Assembly: GCF_009914755.1 (NCBI RefSeq)
Contig: NC_060947.1
Origin: the human T2T-CHM13v2.0 reference genome, Homo sapiens
Direction: 5' to 3' (one strand)
Length of the DNA stretch: 64,000 nucleotides
Shown: piece after piece, positions 1 through 18,732 of the stretch
Position numbering within the stretch: the first letter of the stretch is position 1
Layout: each line of letters starts with the position of its first letter
Translations under genes and position numbers: made by a program
Notes under the pieces: generated by a model
Database searches by the model: none
The model's input: only the letters and a program-made list of their open reading frames with translations
What the model was told of the DNA's origin: nothing

Positions 1-205
1 TTATATCCAGTTCCCAGTATGCTGCTTGACATGTCATAGGTAGTTAGTAAATTCTTTCTCTGTGAACACACAAATGGAAGGATGGCCCATTCTTTTAGGA
101 GTTCATATGAGCTTGCTAACTCTGAGTCAGAATGACCCGTGAACTGAAACATTCAGACGACACCACCACTAAAAACCATGGGGATTCAATTCTTTTGGAG
201 TTTTA

Positions 206-598
<393 letters not shown>

Positions 599-842
599 TT
601 AAAGAACTAAATAGCATAAATTTCACATGGCATGTTAGGACTGTAGGGTAATGGTAGTTTAACAGTCATTGGGGGAGTAAATTTTTATGCAACTAGAATA
701 CGCAAAAAGTATACCTTGAGTCGGAATCTCTTGAAGGTGAAATTGTTATCCTAAATGTCTGTACTTTGCTTTTTGGAATGTAGGAAGCAGTATATTCATT
801 CAAATCTGTTTTGCTTTCATTAGCTTGCTTGCTAAAAATTAA

Positions 843-965
<123 letters not shown>

Positions 966-1603
966 TAAGTAATGCATGTTCATTTTGGATATTCAGAATG
1001 ATGAGATTAAAAAGAATTACTAAATATATGTCTAAATATTCTAATGTTCATTGCCAAGTAGAGTTCTTATTTGTAAAGGGGATATCACCTAGAAGGTACA
1101 AATTAAGAGGAACAAACACTAGGGTTTTGTTTTTGAAATATTAAACATTAAGATGAAAAGACGAATGAGATGCTATCATCAGGCTACAGTAAGACCAGAC
1201 AGATTATTTGGAGAAGCTGTTAATACTGGAACAGATCGTATGTTTTGCAGTTACATTCAGTCCCTCAGATCTGATAGTTCCGTGTGTGTATGTATAGTAA
1301 CTGAATTCCATATATCCAGGCCTGCAGCTTTTACCAGCTGTGTGCTCAGAAAAGGAAGTATGGTGGTCCAACTTGACTTGTACTTGGTGAAACCATTTCT
1401 TTGTTACTCACTGTTTCTAAGTGCTCACAAATGTTTCATCCTTGAGATCTTACCTGGGATTGATGGCAAGTTCACCTGTCTATAGTTTGTGCAATAAGCC
1501 TTCTCTTCCTTTGGGAATCTGCTATTGACACCCATAGATACTCCAGGAATCTTAGTTCATTAAAGAATTTGGCTCCATTAATGTTTTTTTCTCACTTCTA
1601 TAG

Positions 1604-1665
1604 GCTTGATTTGTTTGATTTCAACTCTCTGTCTACCTTACTCTCTTTTTGGCAATAATGAAAAG
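1604..1665 (+). other. OFD1: OFD1 intron 9 cryptic exon (62 nt)
   Basis: tttttttctcacttctatag|G...AAAAG|gtaaat; donor +5 is position 1670 = exon 9 end + 706. Confidence 0.8.
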
Positions 1666-2064
1666 GTAAATTGATCAAGAGAGAGGAAATAGGCACAAAA
1701 TTGGGGCAGAGAGAGTTCATCATTCCTTTACCTCCATTTTCTCTACTCTTGTTCCCTCCTTCTCAGCATATAAACTAAATAAATGTAGTTTACCTCTCCA
1801 TGGCTTTCCAGATTACCAGCAGAGGGAGCTAATACCTAGAGCCTTTACCTGTTCTTAGACTAGTCAGCATTTTGTAGCACTTCTCAGGATGGCTGGATCT
1901 CACCACCCATGAACCTACCTCCCTGGCTAAGGAGTTGGTGCTATGGTTGATTTAAAGTCTCACTATGAAGACCATTCTATTCTTCAGTATTTGGAAGCCC
2001 TGATTGATCCATCTATCTTTTGCCCTCTCTTTTGGTACTTTTTTCAATATTCAATCAATAGGGT

Positions 2065-2206
2065 TTTTTGTTTGTTTTGTTTTGTTTTTAAGACACAGTG
2101 TCTCTCTGTATTGCCCAGGCTGGTCTCAAACACTTGGGCTCAAGCAATCCTCCTGCCTCAGCCTTCTGAAAAGCTGGGATTATAGGTGCGGGCCACCACA
2201 CTTGGC
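2065..2206 (-). mobile_element. Alu left monomer (FLAM-like)
   Basis: T-rich tail then cccaggctggtctcaaac...gctgggattatagg. Confidence 0.8.
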
Positions 2207-2632
2207 TAAAGCTGATTGGTTATTAAATGACAAAAACACATATTGTACCTTGAATATGTATGGACTAATTAATTAAATCCCACAGTTAGAAACAGCATTA
2301 TAGAAGATTTAAGCACATAAGTACACTTATTTGTTACTTTGTAACTAATAATATCATTATTTCATCCCAGGATTGATTTTGGCTATTTATCACCTATAAC
2401 CATTGTTTGAGTGTTTATTTTCAGTGAGAAACCACTTCCCTCTTGAGACTCTCCCACTCCCCTCAGCCCAAAGCACAGTCAATTCTGCTAGTTTCAATAT
2501 GCTGTAACTAGGTCAGTTCATAAAATACACTGAGGACTTCTGGCTCTTTCCTTCTACTTCCCAGTAGTGATATCATGTAGCAGTTTTAGTCTGTGGAACT
2601 AGACACATGTGATTTTTTCCTAAATTTGTTAG

Positions 2633-2800
<168 letters not shown>

Positions 2801-2939
2801 TAATTGTTTAGCATTTTTAAATAACTAATATGTTTAAATTAAATTGGTAGAAACATAACAAAAACTGACAAAGTAGTCTGTAACTTAGGCAAACTTTAGT
2901 GTTTGAAAAAAAAAAAACATAGTTTTATCGATACAGTCA

Positions 2940-3289
<350 letters not shown>

Positions 3290-4134
3290 ACAGAGAAGCA
3301 CATCCTCTGCGCTTCTTATGGCTTCTCTAACGTTTATTGTGGGCTGTGATTTGCTTTAATTTTCAGGACACCTTGTGACTTGCTTAGCTTGCATAGTTGA
3401 TAAGCTGTAAAATTGGAATTATAACCACTTTTAGTTATCTTTTCCTCTACCTCACTCATACAGTCAGAAGGATGGGGTTATCTGACAATATATAAATTAT
3501 ACTAGTGGTCATAGTATTTGTCAGTGAACATGTGCCTTGTATTCCTTCAAGATTCAGCAAAGCCAGAATCAAAAGAGCTAAAATTAACTATGTGAGGCAA
3601 AAAGTGATATAGGGAAAGGAAAATATGGACAACTATGGTAACTTTGGCTTTTCTGTAGTCTGAGTTTTGTGTATCAGTGAATAATATCTCAGTGCTACGA
3701 CATTATGCCCATGTGGTAACATTTCTCTTCAGTGTGTGGGAAAGCATCTGGCACATAAAAAGTGCTCAGTTAATATTTGTTGTAAATGTGTCACGAGGAA
3801 ATGATTCAACTCAGGTGCTCTGGGCATTTCTTATTTGGCCTCTTTTATTGCCTTTCTCATAATTTGTCATCGATATTCCATTACATAATATTGCAAAGGT
3901 TTCTTGAGGTAATCCTTTAAACAAATCCTATTTTTAAAAAATATGGCAGCTTTTTTATCTATTGATTTTGAAATGATGTATTTTACCCACATCTTCTATG
4001 TCAGTTTCTATACTAAAATAGCTAAAATGGAAGTGTCTGTAGTTGCTGAATTTTTAGGAATAAATGAATTAAAGTATGTGTGTTAATTTTACATAGTTAT
4101 GGAGCTAGTGAACTATTTGGTGTCATTGTGACAG

Positions 4135-4183
4135 CTTCCACAGGCTGCATGGTGTCTGCCTGGCTTTGGGAATCCTCATATGA
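4135..4183 (+). CDS. OFD1: OFD1 alternative acceptor in intron 10: short-isoform C-terminus
   Basis: gtgacag|C TTC CAC...ATA TGA; with exon 10 ending AA reads NFHRLHGVCLALGILI*, matching my recollection of the truncated OFD1 isoform 2 tail. Confidence 0.7.
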
Positions 4184-4727
4184 CTTTGGCAGGTGTTGGA
4201 GTTTGGAGGCTCTTCGCCACAGGAGTGCTTCTATTTCCTTTTGGAACCAAAAGGGCAGCTGGTAACAGCTGGGAAAGGGAAGTGAAACTGTGAAAATGTG
4301 CCTTTTGGTATTGCTAATCCGGATATAATGCTCTTGGCAGTTGGCTCTCAGGACTGTGCTTAGTCCCTGAGCACAAAAGTTCTTACCTTGGTTGGGGGTG
4401 GGCAGATGGTACAGGTGGATTGGAAGTGACCGTCTGATTATCATTTGGGATTGAGTCTGTTGTGTGCTGTGTAAATTTAATTTACCCCTTTGCTCTTTGT
4501 GTCAGTTGAGACCAACTGAAAAGTGATTGCTTTCAGTAAGTAACCTTATGATAACACGACGCTTCATTTTGTGTGATTGAGTTTTGGGACCCAGTTTATA
4601 GGATCAAGGAAGGGTTTTACTGGGCATTTTATGTTCAGGGGTTATATCCCTGGCTTTAGTATTGAGGACTTTGAAGTTTACAAGTTGTCATGTTTAGCAC
4701 CCTCAGGTGCTCCTGTGCCATAGATAA

Positions 4728-4916
<189 letters not shown>

Positions 4917-5380
4917 TAGGTTATTAGCTTCCCAAGTTGGGTCTTTTCTATATTCTAAAAAATACAGCTTACACTTCATTGTTCATACAAAATTACACAT
5001 TTTTTGTAATTTTAATTTTATAAATTAAAAATCATGGTCTTCACTGCCTTTTGAGGAACCTTCATGTTTAATAGTTTGTATATTCACAAAGGCCAGTGAT
5101 TTATCATGGATATTTTATCCAACTTTATTTCATATATTTTGATAAATCTGCAATTGTCAGGAACGTAGCAGCAACTTATTGCTGTCAAGTACGTATTACT
5201 CCTAACCATGAGAGACTTTATTTTTCACTTACGGAAAACTTTTAACTTCTCTGTCCTCTGTGACCTAGTTTCTTATTTCTTTTGCTTCTAATATATTTTT
5301 ATGCTTTATAATATTTTTACTTGATGTATAACCTTCTGAACTCTTGTGTACATTGGCCTGAGACTATGGAAGTTGAATAA

Positions 5381-5711
<331 letters not shown>

Positions 5712-5803
5712 CATTTCAATGTATTTCTAGGAAATTGCTGTAACAAGAAGTTGAAGTTTTGGTGGAAATTTCAAGTAGATTCCTGGGAGGAAACCAGGGT
5801 TAG

Positions 5804-6160
<357 letters not shown>

Positions 6161-6581
6161 TAATACTTCTTTTATGCATTAATACCATTACGTATGTAAC
6201 AAATTATGGTTTGATGATATATCTACATAGACTTGTGTTAGATGAAGTGAAAACTACAAAATAGTAACTACAATATAGTAACAGACAGATCTTTGTCTTC
6301 AAGGAAGTTAAGAGCTGTGGGTATTAGGGCCCTGTGCTTTGAGCACATGGTATAACTCTGGTTAGCATGTATAGCAAGTGGAATTTCACCACATATATGA
6401 CAGTTACAGCTTCACATCACCTGTTGGGTAACAGGGTTTATTTCTTACTTGCCCGCTACATCTGCTATTTGGATTGTGAAATAGTGGTCATTAGGTCTGA
6501 CATACTGGCCATAAATATTAAATGGCTTTTGTATTCACTAGGAAAACATTATGGTGTTTAATTGGTGGGCTCTTTTTTCAG

Positions 6582-6673
6582 AAAAAGCTGTTCATTTGCA
6601 AGAGGAGCTCATAGCTATTAATTCAAAAAAGGAGGAACTCAATCAATCTGTAAATCGTGTGAAAGAACTTGAG
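6582..6673 (+). CDS. OFD1: OFD1 exon 12 (92 nt)
   Basis: ttttttcag|AA AAA GCT GTT...CTT GAG|gtaatt; [30 protein letters not shown]. Confidence 0.95.
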
Positions 6674-7377
6674 GTAATTGTTAAGCATGTTGGTTTTTGA
6701 AATAGATTTTAAGCAATATATGAAATTTTAGTCATACATAATTTATCCTAAGTCATCCTGTTGAGATGTTTGGACTGCCATTTATATGGCTAAGAAGGTG
6801 TTAGCTGAAGTTAATTCAATAGTTCTTAATTTCAGTCAGTGTCACATAGGAAAGTGTAGATAGAGCTTTGGGTCCTGGAGTCCTGCCCACATCCTGTCTG
6901 TGTCTCTAACTGCTTGTGTGTCGCTAGGTAAGTTCTGTGACTGCAGGTTCCTGAGCTGTAAACTAGGATGTTTTCCACATTATAGGGTTGTTGAGGGAAT
7001 TCAGTAAGCTAACTTATGTGCCTAGTTCATAGCAGGTGGCCATTACTATTAGTTTCTACATCAGCCTGTTATCTCCTTCCATCAGCAGCAGGTAAACAAA
7101 ATTCCTGTCATTACATTGTTATCTTACAGATTAAAACAAAATGAGGTACATTTTTCACATATCATTGCTTCTTTACTTTTCTGTTCATTCGTGTGCTTGC
7201 TGTCTGAAGGATGAAGCTGGAACTTTAGGTACTTACAACATATTTTGTATATGAAATTTATTTTAGCAACTGTGACTTATGTGAGAACTTTGTAGGCTTT
7301 TTACTCAAATATGAGATATACTAAGAAAAGGGAAGCACTTCACAACATTTTACAGAATCTTTTTTCCTTTCTTTCCC

Positions 7378-7686
7378 TTTTTTTTTTTTTTTTTTTTTTT
7401 GAGACAGAGTCTTGTTCTTTCGCCCAGGCTGGAGTGCAGTGGTGTGATCTTGGCTCACTGCAACCAACCTCCACCTCCCGGGTTCAAGTGATTCTCATGT
7501 CTCAGCTCCCAAGTAGCTGGGATTTCAGCCATGTGCCACCACACCCAGCTAATTGTTGTATTTTTAGTAGAGATGGGGTTTCACCATGTTGCCCAGGGTG
7601 GTCTCGAACTCCTGAGCTCAAGCAATCCTCTTGCCTCAGCCTCCCAAAGTGCTGCGATTACGGGCGTGAGCCACCATGCTCAGCCA
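7378..7686 (-). mobile_element. Alu (AluJ-like)
   Basis: poly-T then antisense Alu with ctcaagcaatcctc. Confidence 0.9.
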
Positions 7687-8009
7687 TTTTTATCTTACCT
7701 TTCATATTTAAAAAATATATATTGCTATGATGTGTGATTATTGTTGGGTTCTTGGTTGCCTCTGGAAAATGGGATGATAATCTTAGAAGGACTTGCTTCA
7801 TGGGATGCGGCCTATAAAAGTTCTGCCCCAACTGTAGGGCGGAAGATAATTTTCGTTATTGTAGTTAGAGTCTTATTGTAGAGAATCAGACTTCTGTCTA
7901 GTGACCTTAATTAAATTGTGACACCATGCTTAAAGGAGCCTGCCAGCTTTTACTTTTGCAGTACTGTAAAGTCATTATTCAAATGTAAATTTTCCTTTTT
8001 GAATTTTAG

Positions 8010-8234
<225 letters not shown>

Positions 8235-8299
8235 TAGTAATTCGCATTAGGTCAGTATTATAAAACTATGCTTTGTACTTGTATAAGGTAGGGGGCTTA

Positions 8300-8720
8300 C
8301 ATTGGGAAGATTTATAAAATTAAGATTCTTGGATTAAACTCTGCAAACCTGCCTATAGGTGGTATCAAAGCTTCCCTTGCCCTCTGACTGCTGATTGGGT
8401 TTGGCCAGTGGGGACACCAGCCTCTACATACAGTGGCCCTAGGCTGGCCACTGTGCCTCATGGCCAAGTGAGGCCATAGTGCCTGCGATTACCTCTTCCA
8501 AGTGCTCTGCACCACCACCCTGTCTCTAGTGCTGAGAATTTCTCCCTCCTCTGATTCCCCAGGCCCAAGGAGCGCTAACAGTATGGCCCTGTTACTAGCC
8601 CACCCAGGGAACTCCACCATCCTTTGTGCATACCCTGAATAAGTCAACCTTTATTAAAGGGTTCTTAGATGACCTTGACCGTGAGAGCCATCTGCCTTCT
8701 GCCTGGATCCCAACTGCTGC
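8300..8720 (+). mobile_element. degraded ERVL-type LTR (LTR33/LTR16-like)
   Basis: ttgccctctgactgctgattgggtttggccagtgggg...attaaa...gccatctgccttctgcctggatccc resembles the recalled consensus. Confidence 0.45.
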
Positions 8721-9063
8721 TGTCAGATGCCCAGATCATATTGGATCCCAGGGCTGTCATCAACAGGTAGACCAGATAGAGAGCTCCTTCTGTGCACAGT
8801 AGAGGAGAGAAACAGGCTTTCAGGTTAATTTGAGAATTTGAAAGAGTTCTTTTACTTGGAGTAGGACTCCAAGGGTAATAAAGTTTGCATTAACATGCAC
8901 TAAATTCTTTTGTTGTGAAATTTGAGAGTCAGGATTGCTCTGAGCTCATTTAATAGAATTATTATCATATTTATTGAGTCAGTACAAAGCAAAGAACACT
9001 TTAAAACCCCTTTAACTGTTTTTGTTAAGTTAAATAAGAAAACTTAAGGTTGGTAATGACTAG

Positions 9064-9246
<183 letters not shown>

Positions 9247-9651
9247 TAGTGTGATACCAGTACACTTCATAGTTACGTAAACTTGGCACAAGTCACACTA
9301 GTGTAAATCAGATTTATTTTAACATCAAACATTACTCCCCCAAATATGCTAAAGGTATCCTTTCTCATCTGAGAAAATTCTGCAGTGATAACGTGACTTT
9401 ATATTCGTAATAGTAATAAAATGGAGAAGAAAGCAAACTCACCTAAACATAAAATTTTCTGAGTGCCTGATGGTGCCCACTGTTATCTCTCGATTCTCAC
9501 CCTGATAAGTATTACAAACATTCACTGTCTTCTGATTTCTGCCTGCATGCCCTAGAGTTCTTTGATATGACTGAAAAAGATGGTGAAGAACTTGTTTGTG
9601 TGTTCTGCTTGTGTTTTTTTTTAATAGGGACCCTGTTGTTTACTGTCATAA

Positions 9652-9882
<231 letters not shown>

Positions 9883-10259
9883 TAGAGACGTTTTAACCCA
9901 TAAATATTTTTGTATGTATAAAGCTTCTGGTGTCTGTGAAAATGTAATGATCATAATTTATTGAATATTAATTATTGTTTTAGGGGAAAAGCCATAGAAA
10001 TATGTGTCATCTTAGAAGTAAAACTCCCTATCCATTTTGGTAATACCATCTGGATCATCAGCAAAAGTATTTTGCTTCATAGGTGCCTCATGGCTTGGGA
10101 GAGTCTCATGCCCCAATAGGAAAGGCGTGGTGGTAACATAGAAGTCCCCATATTCATTATAGGATTTCCTTTTTTATTTGTTACCCCAATGTTAACACCA
10201 ATTCAGTAGTTTTACGGATTCCTTGATAGATATATAAATATACAGGACAAGCAGGGTGG

Positions 10260-10470
10260 TTTAGCAAAAAGAATATTGCCTTCAGAATCAGAACTGTTCT
10301 TCTTTTGGACCCGTTTTGAAGTTGTTTGACCTTGGGCATGTTACTTTAACTTCCTTGGGCCTCAGTCTCCTCATTTGTAATGGGGATAATAATACCTACT
10401 GAGCCATGATGAAAAAGATGAAATGGGTTTCAGTCCAGTGCCTGGGACATAAAAGACACTCAGGAAATGG
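10260..10470 (+). mobile_element. MIR
   Basis: core gaccttgggcatgttactttaac...cctcagtctcctcatttgtaatggggataataatacctac. Confidence 0.75.
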
Positions 10471-11320
10471 TTATTGGTATCATTTTATTATTGTGTCTTC
10501 ACTGTGGATGCATCTCTGCCCCTTCCTACTTCGTAAGAAGGATATTAAAGTTCAGATACTTTATTCTTCAGTTGCTTTCAAGTTCAAAGAAAGTACGTAT
10601 GTGTTACCAGTTCAACTGGGTCTGAGCCTTCCTTGTTCCCACCTGCATTGTTTCCTCATCAGCTCCTTGCTCTCTTCTACCAGCACTTGTTTTATTTTTA
10701 TCTCTACTCGTTTCTGCTTTTTTCTGTTCCTCATTTTCTTTCAGTTCTGTTTGTGAAACTTCTCACAGCTGAAATCATAGCAGTCTCCTATCAATAAAAA
10801 ATAGTTGAATGAGGATAGAACTCTTTCGCATGCATGTGTTGCCGAGGGCAAGCTTCTTTCTTGTAGCATCACGGGGAGGCATTGCAGGAGAGAGGGGCAG
10901 GTGCACTGGCTTTGCATTAGGAAAGCCCAGTAGCTCTTAGACTTGCTAACCGTGTGACCCAGCCTCAGTAAGCTTTAGTCCCCCCATCTGTAAAATGGGA
11001 GCAGTGAGAGTTTCTTGACCACAGTGTTGTTGTGAATGCAGGTCCTCACTTCCTTATATGAAACTCGGGCCATATGCTGTGGATTTCGCAATAGCCCTGG
11101 GAGTTCTGAACAGCATCCTATAGTAAAGCACATTAATTATTTTGCAGTCAACTGTATGAATATTCATGCTGGGATAAATAAAGATTATAAATGGGTTTAC
11201 ATCAGTTCAGGTCAAACTTTTCAACCAAATGAGTTCAAGTCTGGTTGGGCTTTGCCACCAAATAAATTATGAATAAATTTTCAGTTCTCAGAGCCTTGTG
11301 GCTTTCAAAATTGTGCATAA

Positions 11321-12196
<876 letters not shown>

Positions 12197-12485
12197 TAGC
12201 CACCCTGCCCACGACACAGGGTTGCCGTGAGGGTCAGCGGGCCAGAGTGGCAAGGTCTAGTGTTTGGCACACAGAGCTGTTTAGAGAGTGATAGTTGCCT
12301 TGCCTTTGCTGCCTGTTGGTTTCCTGCATTTTATTATTGCCACTGCAATTTAATTTAGGTGCTTGAATCATTAGTTTTCTGGATCTTATGCATCATAATT
12401 GGCTATTTGTGAGGATAACAGTTTATTTTCAAACTAGTAGAGCTCTTTAGAAACCACGTTGGTATCTTCTCCGTGCAATTGGTAA

Positions 12486-12644
<159 letters not shown>

Positions 12645-13696
12645 TAAGTATAACGTTCTGATTGATTAGCTTCAGCTGAATAATGTTACTTGCTCTGTCA
12701 GCCTTCACTTGTTTTACTGGGATTTTTTTTTTTTTGAGATAATTATTATAGATCATGTGGCAGTATAGAATTTGCAATCAGATTGCAAAATGATATGTCA
12801 TCTTTGAGAATCATCTAAATTACCTGGAGGGAAAAAGATTGCTTTTAGCAAATAAGTGGATAATGCTTATTTGCTAAACTTGATATATGGACCATGCAAT
12901 CTGGTATTAATAAGCATCTTCCTAGTTCTGTGAATAGATTTGGTTTATTAAGATAAAAAACAAATGTACAAAATCTGAAAGCAAACAAATGGAGGTTATT
13001 TATAAAGTTGGAACAATTTTACACATCATTAAAAAGTCATTTTTAAAATATTTTGGCATTGAAATATAAACAGATAAGGTTCTGACCTGCATATCATTGA
13101 AATAAATTCAAACGTGGTAGCAGGCTCTGGTGTATGATTGTTGAAACAGGAAGGAGTGGATGTTTTTAGAAACTAGTCCACTGGGTCAGCCAGGCTATGA
13201 TTTGAGTCATGAGCAGACTCCTACCCATACCTGGGCCCCACAGCAGAGGGAACTGACTCCTTAGCTCCAGGCTCGATCTCGGGCATCTGCATGTTAATGT
13301 AGTTCTCTGCCACATGGGCCTGTCGTAGTCCTAAAGCTTTTTTTTTTTTTTTTTTTTTTTGTGATAAGCCAAAAGGAAGGATAAGACACACACATATGCT
13401 GAGTTAGGGCGCTTTGCTCACTCAAGGTTGTGGTGTTGCATCTTCATCTGGTTCATGCTGATAGTGTGCAGAATTTTTTTTCAGAAATGTTTTATGGTTA
13501 TTTCCTAGGAATAGCATTCAGAGTACAACATTATTCTTTATTAACAACTGTAGTACCTACTTCACAGCATGAAATAGTTACAAGGAGTAACTGATTAAAC
13601 AGGTATTAATTGCTGAGAACAATGCCTAGTGGTGGTGGTGAGGTGGAGCTATTTACAAGACAAAGAGAAAGGGAATTTTGTAGAGCCTTTTCTTGA

Positions 13697-14041
<345 letters not shown>

Positions 14042-14193
14042 TGATGATTTTCATGTGTGTGTTTACTTTTTAAAAATTTCAGTATGACTAATAATTTCAG
14101 AGTTTGAGCTAAGCTTATAAATGAATTATTAACTTATCAGATTTTAAATAAGTGATTTTTATTTATTTTTTCCTTTGATGGAATACAAGAATG

Positions 14194-14518
<325 letters not shown>

Positions 14519-14864
14519 TAAATATACTGATTCAGTTGATTGCCTCAGATTTAGAAAACCTCATTTTTAGTAAAAGAATAGAGATAAAAGAATATTAAGA
14601 GTCCAGAAACTGGTGTCCTGGCTATGGCCCTGCCTTAGACTGTCTTACTTTGTAGCCACTTTGTAAGTGTAAAATAAGCATGTAGAGCCTATCATCTCTA
14701 AGGTTCTTTCCAGCTTGAGAAATCTTTATATTTGCATATAAGCTATTGGTTAGCCTTGTAAACTTCATCTTCAAATCTGAAAGTGTTAATATTTTGAACA
14801 GTTAAATGAGAGGGCTTGGTAAATTTTGTAAATATTTGTTAAAGTCTTTGTGTTAAATCATTGA

Positions 14865-15302
<438 letters not shown>

Positions 15303-18300
15303 TGAACTAACAGTCAGCAGGGTCGCATACTAAATACCAGTCCGTGTGCTCTGTGAATTATTTCATGTATCACTGAAGTCATCTTGTAGGTGTAAATTAG
15401 TCAAAATCTTGGGTTGGGGGTTATAGGTGTCATTATATTGTTAATGACATTTCTGAAGTAATTCCCATGTGAACATGTAAAGACAGTGCTGAGAAAGGAC
15501 ACGTTGGAAGGAAAGGCTTCTCATTTAGGCTTCCCAGGCCAGTTGCTTAAAAAGTGTTTTCATTTACTCTTCAGTGCCTGGCATAGTAGTTGGACTTTTC
15601 CCCAAGACTCTTCTGCAAAAACTGTTCCTTGGGAACCTTAAAGTTTGGGAAATCACAGTGAAAAATTGAAATAATAATTAACTCCCAGCATATATCTTTA
15701 ATATGATTGTAACATTTAAATATTATTTATTTTTCTATCTACTTGTTTCCTTTGTGTCTTAAGAAATTAGGACAGAAAAACTTCGTATTTCAATCTTTGG
15801 AAAAGCTGTGACACCGAGTTAGTGTAGCACTGGAGGAAAACTGGCCATCAGACTTCTCTTCTCTGGCCCACTTCCTCTTTTTCCTCTTCTCCTCCAGATT
15901 ACCCACTTCCCTCCCTGCGGGTGGAGGGAGACGGGAAGAGAGCCGTGGGAGCTTTGTGCTTTGTTCCAGGGCTCAGCCAACAGCCAGGTCCTTTTCTTCT
16001 TGGACCAAGTGTTTAATCCTCAAATCTGAAAGGAATTTTCTCAAGTAAAGCCACCTCTTAGTCCCTCCCAAACGTTGGAAAAACATCATACCCAAAACCC
16101 CTGTTAGCAGTTTCTTGGTTTTAGTCATGGTACCCAGGAACATATAAAATAACTGAAAGAGGCAAGAGATTTTGAGAGGGTTGATGTTGCTGATTCCAGA
16201 GTAAATCTGCTTTGGAAAGCATTCAGTGAGACATGATCTAGAGCCTTGTCTCTGCTGGGCACTTTGCTCAGCGCTGAGCATATAGCTCAAGCCCTCGCCT
16301 TCCTGGATTTCTAGCAGGGGAGGCAGATGGTCAGCAGGCCATCACCCAGGACCGCAGCAGGGAGGGGCTGCAGCAGCTGAGTAGGGGCCGTGGCCACAAG
16401 AGGGAGTGTCTACAGGCACTCATTTGGCACAGACCTGAGCGAGGGAATACAAATAATGTGATAGGATAAGGGAAATCAACTGAGTAACTAGGTGTTCTGC
16501 TGCTGAGATGGAACATAGATTATAATATTTGCTTTAAAAATTATTAAGCAGCATGGCGAGTGACATTTTAGTTATTGAGAAATTGTTATATTTGTCATTT
16601 CATCTCTTCATCTGGGCACAAAGGGAATTCAAAAAGGTTGAAATTTGGTGTCTCGGAGGTGCCCCGTGGACATGCTTCCTTCCTTTCCCCTTGTGTCCAA
16701 GAGATTTCTGTATACCACCCTGCAGCTACAAAATATACACCAGAGTAGAGAAGCAGCTCACTCTTCCTCTTTATTTTGTAATTGGTGCTTAAACAACATT
16801 CCTATTTTGAGATTACTATTCCATATAAGAAAGCAATCTTGTTTAGGAGTAACTATTTTTTCTTCTCTAGCAAGGAGGAAGTTGCATTTCTGCCTGTGGA
16901 AATGATCAGCTGTCTCCTCTGGTATTTTAATTTCATGAGAAGGATTCAGAAGAGATGGGGGAGAGAGAGAAGAAACTGTGTTGCTTCTCTCCTATTAGTA
17001 AAACTCAGTTCCTGCTGATCACTTTAGAACAAGGCACAGCAAAAAGGTTCAAAGTCCTCTGCTGAACCTATGAATTTTTCTACTTATTAGCATTGCTTGG
17101 GTTGAAAAAAAAAATGTAGGTTATGGGTCAGAGCCAGAAGAGAAAGGTCAGCATAATTGTCTCTGGGATTGGGGTCTAATTAAAACTTTTGAGATATAGG
17201 GACCTGTGCCAAGATGCAGAGGAAACAGACAAGTAATTAAAGTATGGACCTTGCCTGGAAGGAATAGAAGTGGAAGAAACAAGTACATGTAGTTTTTGAC
17301 AGATCAGGTACAAGATATCCTGCAAGTGAGATGCTGGAGTGGTTAGTTGTCACTTCAGGAATAAGGAGGAGGTGGCATTTCAGTTGGGTCTTGAATAGCA
17401 TTTCAGACTTTGTGAGAGCAAGGGAGTGCTACAGGCTGAGGAGACAGTGAAGGTGAATGTCAAGCAAGGAAGATAGAGCCACGGCCAGGCCCCAGTGAGT
17501 GGGTTGGTACAGATGAAATATTTCTCGTACAAAGTTGGTGGTGATGTAGGAAATCAATCTGGGAAGAAAAGGGCAGGTTGTCAGAGCCCAGACTACCATG
17601 GCGTAGGACTCTTATCAGAGCGGAGATGCTGCACAGCAGATCCACATCTTCCCCTCAGGAAATGCCTGGTGCAGATGACCACAGGTTGTTGGAAGGCAGA
17701 GACTGGCTTCAGGAAGAGCCTTGACTGGGCTGTTTCAGTAGTCCAGGGAGATGGTGAGAAGGGCCCCTGTTGCAGCCACAGGACAGGGAGTGTGAACCTG
17801 CAAACACTGGTGGCTGAGTGGATAGAGGGTAGAAAGAGCATGATCGAAGGACCGGGATGATCATGCCTGGGACGAAGCTAGTGCTGTGGGGTTTCCACAT
17901 GCGGATGGCAAGGAACTATCAGAAATGTGGACGCGAGGCTAGGGAGAGAGACCAGGAGTAGAGGAAAAGATAGGGAAAGGATCCATATACAAGTGATGGC
18001 TAAAACCCCAGGAAGGGCTGCCGTCAGTTTGGAGGAAGTGGGGAATGAACAGTGAGATGGCTGGAATGGCGGGGGGAGGGCAGTGGTGTGATTTCTGTTC
18101 TGTTTTGTTGGGGTAGGACAGACTTGAGCATCTTTATGGGAGTAAGACTTCTAAAACTACTGTGTACAGAAATAGGGATTAATGGCTCAGTCTGGGTCCT
18201 AAAGATAGGGGAGGGATTATAATCAAAGGCAGAGGCAGAAATGCAGGGTTTGCCTTGGAAAGGAGGGAGGAGATCTGTGAAGAGGATGAGAACATGTGAC

Positions 18301-18519
18301 ATGGAAGGAGGACAGTTGGAGTTGGTTATGGTGAGGGTGACGTATTTGTCTCAGTCAAGTGAAGTAGGGTACAGTTCAAGGAGTGGGGTCGGGAGCTTGA
18401 AGTCGGTGAAAATGAAATAGTGACTTGAAGCAGGTCACAGAGTCAACTAAAAGCCAAGCAGAGTCTCCGTGGGTCTTGGCAAGGGCTCCTGCAGACTGGT
18501 CCTGCATTCATTTGAATAA

Positions 18520-18732
<213 letters not shown>

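Noticed and set aside
17190-18430. Purine-rich stretch with several ORFs in OFD1 intron 19
   Set aside because: Looks like a heavily decayed L2-type repeat; no splice-supported exon, and boundaries are too uncertain to list
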